Below, piece by piece: positions 11,285 to 23,355 of a stretch of DNA of 64,000 nt (the stretch's first letter is position 1; each line of letters begins with the position of its first letter). The notes beneath the pieces were generated by a model. That model saw only the letters and a program-made list of their open reading frames with translations. It did no database searches and was not told the origin of the DNA. The position numbers and the translations under genes are program-made. The stretch is from Leucoraja erinacea (taxonomy: Eukaryota), in the NCBI RefSeq assembly GCF_028641065.1, contig NC_073397.1, positions 12,648,001 to 12,712,000 on the forward strand. The letters are read 5' to 3'.

Positions 11285-12893
11285 TATTACATTGACAATC
11301 TGCAGAAGCGTGGAGATTGCACTCAATGCCACTCTTGCGTGCCTGACGTTTTTAAGTTGCTAGTTAAGACTTGGATGTGTCTAACTTGCTTGAGCTTTTT
11401 GAAGGGCTGAATTATCTTTTCTGTCCCCTTTCTACCAGTTTTGTTGTTCAGTGAATCATAATAATACAGCAAGGAAGTTCAAGCCATGGTGTTTATCAAC
11501 TTTCCCATTCTTTAGAACCTTTTGATTGCTACTTGGCACAGAGGATCTTTTGACCTGTGCAGAGCCACTTCATAAAATTCAATGGAAAGTAACTATTTGA
11601 TCTAGTTTTGTGTCATTTTACATCATTTTTCTGCTATAATATTGATGCTTTGATCAAGGTATTTGCATTTTTATTACATGTTTAGAGACCAGAGGATTTT
11701 TCTCTGGCATAGCTCCCCTATCCGAGCATTTGAACGCTGGAGGGTTTCTTTCCTCATCTGACTAATAACTTCTATTTCCTGGGTTTTTAAGATTTTATTT
11801 TTTTCCTTTAATTCCCAGGATTTTACATTTAAAAATCAATTGGCATTAAGAGCTGCAGGGTCTGAATGTATATGCAAACAATGGTGAGACTGTTGTGGAA
11901 TGTCACAGTTAATTTTGGACACAGTGGTGGGTTTGTTGCTTCATCGTACGCACCAGGAAGGTTAACCAGTTCATTATCTCATTTTGTTTTGGATACTCGC
12001 CCTTTGTGATGAGGGTAGCTTCTTTCATGTGTGGGCCATCCCTATGTTACTTGTTGTCAGTATTTTAACAAAATGAGCCATCCATGTGTGGGGTCAGACA
12101 TTTTTTTTCCGGCAAAGATCAGTAAGGCCCAGTTACTGGTTACAAGTCGAGAGATAAATGGGTAAATGAATCACTTCTTGATTTGCGAAAGCCTTTCCAC
12201 TTTGTGTAAGGCATGAACCAGAAGTGATAGAAAATGCTTGTTTGCCTGTGTGCATTTCCAACAATACAATTTCCAACTCCAATGTCCATGATAAAGAAGT
12301 GTTAAAGATTTATATTTGCCATGTGCACTGCCCATAAATCAATTAATGACAATAGAAGACTTGAGGCACTTTAAAATACAAGAAGGAAGTCTTAAATGAA
12401 TATCAGTCTGGTGGAGTGCAAGCATATGAAGATGTACCAAATTTAGACAAATGAAAAATTGATAAAGAGATGATCCCAGATAGGCAAGTAACGATTAAAA
12501 TTGTTACATTTGGTTTGGATGGATGCATCTGATGTTGCCAAGGGAAGAGACAGAATTGCAATATGGCTGAGAAATAGGCTAAATAACAAGAAACAGTACT
12601 TGTTGTGGAAAGTGGAGGTAAGTATATGGGGACCATATACAGTGCCCTCCATAATGTTTGGGACAAAGACCCAGAGTTTATTTATTTGCCTCTGTACTCC
12701 TCAATTTGAGATTTGTAGTAGAAAAAAACACATGTGGTTAAAGTGCACATTGTCAGATTTTAATAAAGGCAGTTTTTATACATTTTGGTTTCACCCTATA
12801 GAAATTACAGCTGTGTTTATACATAGTCCCCCCATTTCAGGGTACCATCATGCTTGGGACACAGCAATGTCATGCAAATGAAAGTTGCCATGT

Positions 12894-13911
12894 TTAGTAC
12901 TTTGTTGCATATCCTTTGTATGCAATGACTGCTTGAAGTCTGCAATTCATGGACATCACCAGTTGCTGGGTGTCTTCTCTGGTGATGCTCTCCCAGGCCC
13001 GTATTGCAGCCATCTTTAGCTTCTGCTTGTTTTGGCGGCAAGTCCCCATCAATTTTCTCATCAGCATATAAAAGGCATGCTCATTTGGGTTCAGATCAGG
13101 TGATTGACTTGGCCGCTCAAGCATTGACCATTTTTTAGCTTTGAAAAACTCCTTTGTTGCTTAAGCAGTATGTTTGGGATCATTGTCGTGCTACAGAATG
13201 AACTGCTGGCCAATGAGTTTTGAGGCATTTGTTTGAATTTGAACAGATAGGATGTGTCTATATGCTACTACCATCAGCAGTTGTATCATCAATGAAAAAA
13301 AATGAGTCAATACCTTCAGCAGCCATACATGTCCAGGCCATAACACCCCCACCACTGTGTTTCACAGATGAGGTGGTATGCTTTGGATCTAGGGCAGTTC
13401 CTTCCCTCCTCTATACTTTGCTCTTGTCATCATTCTAATATAAGTTAATCTTCATCTCATCTGTCCACAAGACCTTTTTTCCAGAACTGTGGTTGCTTTT
13501 TTAAGTACTTGGCAAACTGCAACCTGGCCATCCTATTTTTACAGCGTACCTGCAGTTTTCATCTTGCAGTGTAGCCTCTGTATTTCTGTTCATTAAGTCT
13601 TCTGCGGTCAGTGGTCATTGACAAATCCACACCTGACTCCTGAAGAGTGTTTCTGATCTGTCGGATGGGTGTTTGGGGATTTTTCTTTATAATAGAGAGA
13701 ATTATTCTGACGTCAGCTGTGGTGGTCTTCCTTGGCCTGCCAGTCCCTTTGCGTTTAGTAAGCTCACCAGTGCTCTCTTTCTTCTTAATGATGTTCCAAA
13801 CAGTTGATTTTGGTAAGCCTAAGGATTGGCTGATGTCTCTAACAGTTTTATTCTTGTTTCTCAGTCTCATAATGGCTTCTATGACTTTCATTGGCACAAC
13901 TTTGGTCCTCG
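12894..13911 (-). pseudogene. Tc1 transposase pseudogene (frameshifted)
   Basis: Paired-like HTH and GRPR motif (LGLPKSTVWNIIKK...GTGRPRKTT), SQSPDLNPNE catalytic motif, C-terminal GYATKY; split over several frames. Confidence 0.92.
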
Positions 13912-14032
13912 TTGATAAACAGCAATAAAAGTTTCTAAAGGTGATGGAAAGACTGGAAGAAAGACTAGGTGCTGAGAGCCCTCTTATACCTGCATTAAGG
14001 AGGCAATTAAACACACTTGAGCAATTACAAAC

Positions 14033-14815
14033 CGTGTGCGGGCGTAGCGTTGAAGGACGAGAAGCTGAAGCAAAGAAGTGGAAGCCAAATAACCGGACGG
14101 AAACAAAGCCGAAAAGCCAAATAACCACAAGGGCAGGACGTCTAAAAGCCAACTAACCAAAAGGCTGCTGGGCCGAAAAGCTAACTAACCGAAAGGCCAC
14201 GTTGAAGCCAACTCACCGAAAGGCCGCTGTGCCGAAAAGCCAAATAACCGACATCACGTCGCCGGGGGGCGGGACTTGTCAGCAATTGGTGCGCTTTCGA
14301 CCCACAGCCTGTCACAGTGCGGCCGCACGGGGGAGACGTGGCGGAGGGCGGTCGTGGCCGTGGGAGAGTGGGGGCTGTCCCAGGGGATGCGCTCCGGCCA
14401 CTTACAACTTGGTACTCGGGTTCAGAGTGCCCAGTCACCCTCCAGCCCAGGGCGGTCTTGCATGGGGAAAATGACCCCCACCCACCTGTCTCCCCCGGTC
14501 AGTGATGTGATGGACGCGGGAGTCTGGAGCAATCACCGACAAGTCCCGCCCCCCCCGGCAACTTCATGTCTGTTTTTGGCACAGCGGCCTTTCGGTTAGT
14601 TGCCGTTTCGGAATAGCGGCCTTTCGGTGAGTTCGTTTTTAGGTGTCCCACCCTTTTGGTTAGTTGGCTTTTAGGCGTCCTGCCCTTTTGGTTATTTGGC
14701 TTTTCGGCTTAGTACGCTTTCGGTTATTTGGATTTTCAGCTTTGTTTCCGTTCTGTTATTTGGCTTCCATTTCTTTGCTTCTACTTATCATCCTTCGTCG
14801 CCATGTCCGGGTACC
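14033..14815. mobile_element. Foldback/Mutator-like non-autonomous element nested in the Tc1
   Basis: Exact 9-bp TSD attacaaac (14024-32, 14816-24); long imperfect inverted arms built of gccgaaaagccaaataacc-like repeats. Confidence 0.8.
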
Positions 14816-16399
14816 ATTACAAACACCGGTGAAGCCATGTGTCCCAAACATTATGGTGCCCTGAAATAGGGGAACTATGTATATACACAGCTGTCATTTC
14901 TACACGGTGAAACCAAAATGTGTAAAAATACCCTTTAACAAGATCTGACAATGTGCACTTTAGCCACATGTGATTTTTTTTTTTTTTTTCTATTACAAAT
15001 CTCAAATTGTGGAGTACAGAGACAAATAATTAAATGATGGATCTTTGTCCCAAACATTATGGAGGGCACTGTACTTCCACTGGTAGATACGAGGACCATT
15101 TTTAGATTATTAATTCAGATTTGCATATGAAGTATAATTTCCAAATTTGCTGGTGTGAACACTGGAAGGTAGACACAAAATGCTGGAATAACTCAGCGGG
15201 AGGTAGTATTAATCTTCAAGGAGACATTGACAGGTTGGTGGAATAGGGAGGTAGGTGGATGAAGTTTAATGTTAAGATATAATCGTTTGCATTTTGCTAT
15301 AAAGAATGAAAAGTGGCAATATCAATTGTTGAAACTGGCTTTTAAAAAAAAAAAGCATACTGGATCTTGTGCTTTCAAAAGAGATATAGTAGAGCAGTAG
15401 ACCAAAGAAGTCATGAAGCTTTATAAAACACTTGATCTGCTGTTGGAGTATTGTGTCCAGTTCTGGGTGCTATTAAAGGAACAAGGTGCATATATTTGAA
15501 TCCAGTTTAACCAAGCGACTTGTGGTTGAGATACTTCAGTTATCTGGAAAATTGTGGAATCTGCGCTGGTTGTTTTGGAATAGAAGATGTTGCCATGGAA
15601 TGTGAGATGTCAAAATCACGAAGTGCGTGAATAGGGTAGATTACGCAATGCTGTTCCTGTTGGTGGAGGTATCAAGAACCAAATGACGTAGAATTAAGGT
15701 GAAAGAAGCTTTGTGTGATGACATTTACACAGCAAATGTTTAGGGTCTGAAATGCAGTGTCAGCAGTTATAATGGGCAGAGAGCTGGATAAGTAACAGTA
15801 ACCTTAGAATTTCTGGGGTAATAGATACTGGAAAGAGTAGACCATTATCCAGGGCTTCTGACAATTGTGCAGCACTGGCTTCAGGTAGGGTAGTTTTACC
15901 CTGTTACCAATTTGGTGGAGAAGAAAAAATGTTATTTAAAGCAATATTTACTATCTTGAGGCTCTGATATCTAATTCTATCAATTCTGAATATAATTCTG
16001 AGTCAAGGCTTTGGTTTGTAAGTGTGCTTTTAAAGCAGATGCAATGTACCTCTGTAGTCAATAGCAAAGTGTAGCTGTTGGACTTCATAGCCATGTTGGA
16101 TGCCAGAAATACGATTGATTTCAAAAACCCATCCATTTATGAAGAGTTCTTAAAAATTTGAGTTCAGAATTTGCACACACCAGAAATTTCAGACCTTATT
16201 TATAAAATTCAATAAAATAAACATTCTGACCTATCGTTAATTGAGTTTTTATTTGATTACAGGATGTGTATATCACCGGCAAAGCTGGCATTATTGAAAA
16301 CCCCTAATTGCTCCCCAACTGAGAAGACAATTAAGTTGCACGTAGACCAGATCAGGTAAGGATGGTGGATTCCACGTCTCTCTTTCTTTGCAGCACACT

Positions 16400-16930
16400 A
16401 CAAAGATGTCAGAAAGAAAGCTAATAATGCCTCTACTTCCTTTGAGGATTGAGAAGATTTGTTGAACACTCTATTGCACTTCAATTAGAGGGCATACTGA
16501 AGGGTTGCATCATGGTTTGGTAACGACTCTCCTGGAATGGGGGTTGCAAAATGTGCTAGATATTGCCCAGTCAGTCATGGGTAGTGAATTCCTCACCATT
16601 GGAGGAACCTACAGGAAGCACTGCTTCAAAAAGACAGCAAAGATCCACATGCTCTCAATTCACTGCCACCATGGGGAATAAAGTACAGGAGCCTGCAAAT
16701 GGTGACCACCAGGTTCCAGCACAGCTCCTTGCCAGTGGCCATCTCGCTCTTGAACACTAAGCTGCAACCTGAACTCCATACAACTATGATCTACGTTTTA
16801 GTTGTACTCTGTACATCGGTTTTGCACTATTATGGTCTGGTTACCCAGCACTACTAATTATTAATGTATTTTACTATTGATTATTGTATCTTTATTTGTT
16901 GTGTTATTGCATAAATGTAGCTTGTTGGAA
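16400..16930 (+). mobile_element. Decayed Rex1-like LINE 3' fragment
   Basis: cctctacttcctttgaggattgagaagattt, gttgcatcatggtttggtaac, gtacaggagcctg resemble the 3' part of the element at 43240-43640. Confidence 0.5.
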
Positions 16931-19476
16931 GGGGATGAGAAAATGGGATAACAGAACTAGTGTCAATGGGTGGTCGAAGGTTGGAATGGGCCACAGGGCC
17001 TGTTTCCATGCTGTATCTCTGAAAACTGAAACCCAGAGAAGGTCATTTGTGCCTATTTCACCTATCAGTAATGTCATTGTTTTGTTTTAGTTAAACTGCA
17101 CTTTCTTGAATGACCTTTGATTCTCTTAAAGTACAAAAAACATTTGATATCTGTCCTGATGCACTGGTAACAGCCTCCACTGCCCTTGTGGGTAATTTTC
17201 AAAGGCACCACCCTCTGGGTATCACAGCTGAACCAAGCTTTGTCGACCATTGTGCAGATGTTCATTGCCTTATGATATCACATCTTGAACATTGATATTA
17301 TTAAACAAGAATGAAAGGAGAGTTTTCAAATAAAGTGTGTGTTACAGGTATGATGATAATGGCATAATAAAATGGAGACCATTGTGTTAATAAATATAAC
17401 TGAATCTTGCCCTCCCCACAGATGGTTCTTGTTCCATCTCACAGAATTGAGACTTTCAAGATCATCTGTATTGTCATTCATACAATTTCCCTGCACACCT
17501 ATTGTAATATTTTAGCTACTTAATTGCCTTTTTCAACTAGCATTAAATTCATCCTTCTACTTTACGGTTTCCTTCACCTTAATTTTAAATTATGCATTCA
17601 TAGAATCATCATCTGCTTTTGGCTATCTAACAGCGCTACCTTACCCCATGTTTGACCCCAAAGACCATCTTGAGCAGCAGACGTGATATTTTGTTTTCTA
17701 AAATCAATTCAAAGCAATTTCTTTGGGAGTGGAGTGCAGTTTGAATATGGTATTATATTGCATTAGAGGAACTAAAGAGGAATATGTGCCTTACAAATGG
17801 TATCTATTAATGTGCTAATGAGATTGGCTGTACAGTACTTACTGTGATTTTCTTCAACCCAATTTTATTGCCACATTACCAAGTTGCTGGCCCTGGCCAA
17901 ACATGTCTCCGACTATATTGCCGCATTGGCATTACTATGTTTGATTTCTATCAGCATTTCCAGTTGTCGCTTGGGGAATATAAACTTTCTTGACTGAAGT
18001 GACTGAAGGGCGACTGAAGTGTGAGACTTCACTCTTTTTTCCCCTTCATATTAACTAACAGCATTTGGGTCACTGTGCAATTTGTTTTTCATTGCCAGAA
18101 TACATAACTCCAAAAACATCAATGTTCTACCAACTTCCCTGTTTAAACCCTCCACAAAACTGCACTTGTCTATATCCAACGTGTCCTGTGTCTTTCTGTG
18201 CTCCAGTATGAAGTTAGTATTTTGTTTTCAAATATATTTATGGTCTTGCAGGTATTCATGCCCATATCTGCTGCTTTACTGTTCATTTTATTTTCTATTT
18301 CCTCCTACAATGTGTTGTTTGATTAGCTGCTGTACTTCAAATTTCTGAAATTTTGTACACAAATTCCTTCATTTTCTTACTACTATCCTTGTCAAAACCA
18401 GCAAAATATCCTCTTTTATGACTACGCCTCCACCTAACCTTCGAGGTTTTACTATTTGACAGCTCCACCCCATGACTATGCCCATTAATTATTGTACATT
18501 TGTGCTACTAATTGTAACATACTGTCTTTCTACATATCTGGTTTCCTTGTTTGACAAGATTTGGATACTGGGAAGGCTCAAATTTCGTAGAATACTCTCT
18601 GAACTAATAATTTACATGATTGGAATGCAGAACAAGAGCTGATGTCCTTGGAAAAGCAAAGCCTGAAAGGTGTAGAGTCCATAGTACTTTAAAAGGTTGC
18701 TTTTAAGGGCAAACTGGATTAATGTGGCAAAATACGATATGCTGATGGGCTTAGTTGAGTGGAGTGATGTTCCTTTGGAGCAGAAATGCTCATTGCATCT
18801 GTGTGAACGAGTGGGAGGATGTTATTACCATAAACACTGATTCTGGTGTTGTTGATTAGAACCAGGTGAGAACCAGGTAAGGTGGCTGTTGGAGTTGAAG
18901 CTTTTGGTTCTGTACGGTAACAATGCCATTGCTGGGTGTTCCAGTAATAATGCTAATCTGCGTGTGAAGTATGTCGACATAGGTCTGTAGGTTAACTGGC
19001 CTCTAAAATTGCCCCAAGAGTGTAGGCGGTGAATGCTAAAGTGGGACAATATAGAACTGGTGTAAACGGGCGATCTATGCTTGGTGTGGACTCGGTGGGC
19101 CATAGGGCCTGGATCCTAATTTACAAAGGATCTGGTCCCAAACTTGTTGCTAGAGAGTCTATTTGAAATTTGTTGCCACATTGATTAAAAAAACGTGCAA
19201 ATATTTACCTTAGCAAAAAAAAACTCTTTCTTGGATAAGGGAAATGGATACTTAGGAATGTTTGACCCCAGTCTATCTGGAGCTGCCTCCATCATACAAG
19301 ATAATGCAATTGAGATTGATGTTCATGATTAATGTTGTTTAAGCCAATCGTTGGGGGTGTGGGGAAAACAGTTGAAATGCAGAAACATCAAGGACAAAAT
19401 TTGGAAATGAAAACGACCTCCATCTTATCAGCTGAAGATTTATCCTAAGTAAGGTGGAGAGGAGCAGAGGGATTAA

Positions 19477-20028
19477 AGGGCCTGTCCCACTTGGACACCA
19501 TTTGCGTGTAATTTACACGACAGGACGGCAGTGACTGACGCGCGAAGGTTGTGCAACCGTCGCGCGAAAATCGTCTAGCAGTATGACAGTCGCCCTGAGG
19601 GCCCTGCCCCCTTCGGGAGCCATTTGTGATGTCGTTCGTACCTAGTCCGATCTCCGTGGCAAGGATTTTCCCAGTGAAAATCAAAGACACTATGGTGAAA
19701 CATTTTCAAAACTACGAGCGCTTTATACCCGGGTGGTCACGTGTGCGACGCTCAAATGGCGTGTCGACGGCGTACGGGCGGCGCATGGTTACGGATGTTT
19801 ACGCAGGCTGATGCATAATAAATGAGCATAGGCACCACACGCTACACGTATGGCGTCAGTACGTCAGCATACGCCATCAATACGTCAGTGTGCGCAACGG
19901 ATTCGTCACATAGGTGGCGCGCATAACTGCATACGCCACCACGCCTCACCACTCGCCATGCGCGCGTCACGACACGCCAAGCAATTTTTAGCATGTCGTG
20001 TAAATGACGCCCAAGTGGGACAGGCCCT
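19477..20028. mobile_element. PIF/Harbinger-type MITE
   Basis: TAA TSD (19474-76, 20029-31); TIR agggcctgtcccacttgg; CpG-rich interior. Confidence 0.85.
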
Positions 20029-21281
20029 TAAGGAATGTGGTGCAGGATGTTTGGAGCATAGATGCAGGATTTTTAGACGGGAGGGGATCATTTAATCACC
20101 CTTACTCCATTTTCTGCAATCTCATCTGTTTAATTTTAAAGCAATTCCACTCCTTCATCAGTTTGTTGCATTAATTATAACCCACTACATACGGCATTGA
20201 GTCATGAGTGCTCTGCCGCCTGACTTTTGAAGTCCTGCTTTTGTTTGCAGTGTTCTATTTTAGTTCAAAGTCCCTTGAAGCGCCCGTTTCATGTTTTTCA
20301 TTCCCAGAATTCTACGTGGATAACGCATTGTAATAATTAACTCAAAAATGGAGGGAGCTATCCTGACCCAAGTATTGTTTGATGCAATCTGAGGGTCATC
20401 TGACTGAAAAGCAGTTTACTACATTGTGTCAGCAAAAGAGTTAAAGGTTTGGGAGCTGTAGCAGTGGTTTTTGTTGAGCTAAAAGAACGTGCCAGTGCTA
20501 CAGTTTTTACTGTTTCAGTGTTACCAAGGGAATACTCTTGAGAACAAAATGTTCTTGGTATCATTTTTGTAAACTGTTTAATTATAACTTTTACAGAATT
20601 TCTCTTCATTTTGAAAGATAAGTATTTATGCTGATAGGTGCAATGAAAGTTCCAAGGTTTAAGTGTACTTGAGAATGCTGGTTGAATGCATGCAAATTGC
20701 TGGCAGGATTTTGGTGATTCATGCCATATGAAATTTCTCTGATGGTCTACCTTACAGCTGTATTAAATCACCAGAGACCCTGATGAAGATAATTTGCTGC
20801 AGCATATAAATTGAAACCATATTTGCTTTTCTGCGGTGGAAAAAGTAAAAATTTTGGTTTAATCAAGTCGGTATATTTGTGCACCCAATAATTGTTTAGA
20901 ATTCTAATGATTTTTTTAAAGCTTCTTTAGAACAGCTGGCGTTGAGTGTAATATGAATCCAAATTTACCAATTTATTCTGCTTTAGCAAACTGTTAAGTA
21001 TCAGCAATGCTGGAATTTCTATTTTTTAAAACCTTCAAGCAAATTGAAGGGGATTGATGTATATATCCATCAGCTAAAGTTTTAAAGGTTTTGAATATAA
21101 AAACCGCGTGGCAATGATAAAACTTTATATGATAGTCAAGTTTATATAAAACCTTTTTGAGATCATGCGTGTTCCATTGGGCTTCCCTATCCTCAAGGTA
21201 ATACAATTTGGAAGCTACTAACAAAGTAACATTGACCATTAACTGTAGTACATTTTGTGGATGGTATATCTGCAGTTATGG

Positions 21282-21294
21282 GTTGCCAGGCAAC
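21282..21294. promoter_or_regulatory. Candidate RFX X-box
   Basis: Perfect palindrome GTTGCC-A-GGCAAC; motif match only. Confidence 0.3.
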
Positions 21295-21309
21295 AAGGCT
21301 GCTTTATGG

Positions 21310-22250
21310 ATGTTGAACTATAAATGATTTGGACATAATTTTAGATGGGTTGGTTGGTAAGTTTGCGGATGGCACTATGATTGCTGAAGTTGTGGACAGT
21401 AAGGAAGGCTGTCAAAGTATAGAATGGGATATAAATCGGCTACAGAAATGGCTGGGAAAATGGCTGATAGTTTAATCCAGCAAATGTGAGGTGTTGCACA
21501 TTGGGGAGAGTATCTAGGTAATGGAAAGAGCCTTTACAGTTTTAATATACAGAGGGATTTTATAGTCCAAGTCCATAACTGCATGAAAGTGGCAACACAC
21601 GGCAATAGTAGTAAAGAGGCACATAGTATGCTTACCTTCATGGGTCAGGGTGTTGAATGTAAGCCAGCTCAGTAAGACATTGGTTGGGCCGCATTTGAAG
21701 TATTGCATGCAATTCTGGTTGCCCTGGTTGGAAGGATGTGGAGGCTTTTGAGATAGTGCAGAGAAACATAAGAATGTTCCCTGGATTTGAGGGTTTTTAG
21801 CTACATGGAGAAATTGGACAGATGAAGATTATTTTCTCTGAGTTGCTGGCGATTGAGGGGGATACCTGATAAAAGTATATACAACTATGATAGGCTTAGA
21901 CAGGGTCAATAATTTGAACCTTTTTTCCACTGTGGAAATGTCAAAGACTGGAGAGCAGAGCTTTAAAGTCATAAGGGGAAAGTTTAAAAGAGATGTCCAA
22001 GACAATTTTTTTTTTTACACAGAATAGTGGGTGCCTGGAACGTGCTGCCAGGGATGGTGGTGGAGGTAGATACGAAAATGGCATTTAAGAGCGTTTTAGA
22101 TGGGCACATGGATATATAGAAAGTGGAGGGATATGGGTCATATGCAGGCACCCAAGATTACTTTATGCACGAATTTAGTGCATTGTGTTCGGCATGGGTA
22201 TTCAACATGGCAATGGGCCTGTTCCCGTGCTGTGCTGTTTGGTCTACGTT
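21310..22250 (+). mobile_element. Decayed CR1-type LINE 3' part
   Basis: aagtttgcggatggcac (KFAD), gccgcatttgaagtattgcatgcaattctgg, tttacacagaatagtgggtgcctggaac. Confidence 0.8.
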
Positions 22251-22264
22251 CTTTCCTGTAGGAG

Positions 22265-22945
22265 CTGCCTCGTAGACAATGGAAATGCTTTGTGGAGTTG
22301 GCAGCTGAGCAACTGGATGTAGGATGCCTGGCCTGAAATGAATACACCACTATCATCACAGACTTCACCAGTAAGCGTGCAAAAGACTGCATGCAGGAGC
22401 AATCAGAATGATCCCTAACTGGAAACCATGGAGATCCACTCACTGGAGAAGACCTAGCCTGACATGTTCGAGTTGGGTGACCCTAACCTGTAAAGGAAAA
22501 ATAGATACAACCTTCACAAAGCAATTGGGGATGCTGAGAGACAATTCCAGACCAAGCTAGAATGTCAGACCAGTCGCTCAGATACCTGGCGATCGTGGCA
22601 AGACTTGCATGCTACAAGGGGATACAAAGCAAAGTTGGGCAAAATCATGGGCAACAATGTATCTCTCCCTGATGAGTTCAATTCTAGTTTTGAACATAAC
22701 GCCAGTGGAATGGCTTCACCTGTTCTGCCAGCCTCTGAGCCCATGATCACTGTAGTACATGTCAGATCAGCCTTCCAGAGAGTTAGCCCATGGAAAACGA
22801 CTAGTTCCTCTGCAGACCAGCTATACTTCTATTTATTGTCTTTCGCTCCACCTTCAATGCCATAATTTCAACCAAACTCATCTCCAAACTTCAGGACCTA
22901 GGATTCAGCACCTCTCTTTCCAACTGCATTTTGACAAATCAACTA
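22265..22945 (+). mobile_element. Decayed Rex1-like LINE fragment
   Basis: SLPDEFNSSF, SAFQRVSPWK, tgcagaccagct, and ttcaatgccataat...ctcatctccaaact RT remnants. Confidence 0.6.
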
Positions 22946-23047
22946 CATCATAATAATATATATATTTTTTCTTTTTATTGTCATTGCACATAAGTGCAAC
23001 GAGATTTGGGTGGATCATGAAGGATAAGCGACAAAACATCCTTCATT

Positions 23048-23355
23048 GCCACAGTGAGGCCCAGCACAAATTGGAGGAACAGCACCTCATATTTTGCTTG
23101 GGTAGTTTATACCCCAGCGGTATGAACATTAACTTTTCCAATTTCAGGTAGTCCTTGCGTTCTCCCTCCTTCCCCTCCCCTTCCCAGCTTTCCCACAAGC
23201 CTACTGTCTTTGCTTCTTCCTTTCTCCCCCCCCCCCCCCCCCCCCCCCCCCTGACATAAGTCTGAAGAAGGGGCTCGACCCGAAATGTCGCCTATTCCTT
23301 CTCTCCATAGATGCTGCCTCACCTGCTGAGTTTTTTTCAGCAATTTTCTCTACCC
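23048..23355 (+). mobile_element. Penelope-like 3' end/pLTR with hammerhead-like core (23262-23289)
   Basis: ttggaggaacagcacctcatatttt...ttcaggtag, then ctgaagaaggggctcgacccgaaatgtc. Confidence 0.85.

Larger units (their letters stand above)
12640..15071 (-). mobile_element. Tc1-family DNA transposon, full length, long IR/DR-type TIRs
   Basis: TA TSD (12638-39, 15072-73); ends cagtgccctccataatgtttgggacaaaga / tctttgtcccaaacattatggagggcactg; ~230-bp TIRs with an inner direct repeat. Confidence 0.95.
12440..15820 (+). mobile_element. Old decayed CR1-like LINE split by the Tc1 insertion
   Basis: Flanks show CR1 remnants (atttccaaatttgctg, ggagtattgtgtccagttctgg, tttacacagc..gtctgaaatgca); boundaries approximate. 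Confidence 0.55.

Noticed and set aside
13559-14152. 197-aa ORF suggesting a transposase with a novel N-terminus
   Set aside because: Chance read-through from the nested element into a transposase that is frameshifted downstream.
14060-14780. Short spaced repeats resembling a CRISPR array
   Set aside because: Eukaryotic context, degenerate inverted units, no unique spacers or cas genes; these are transposon arms.
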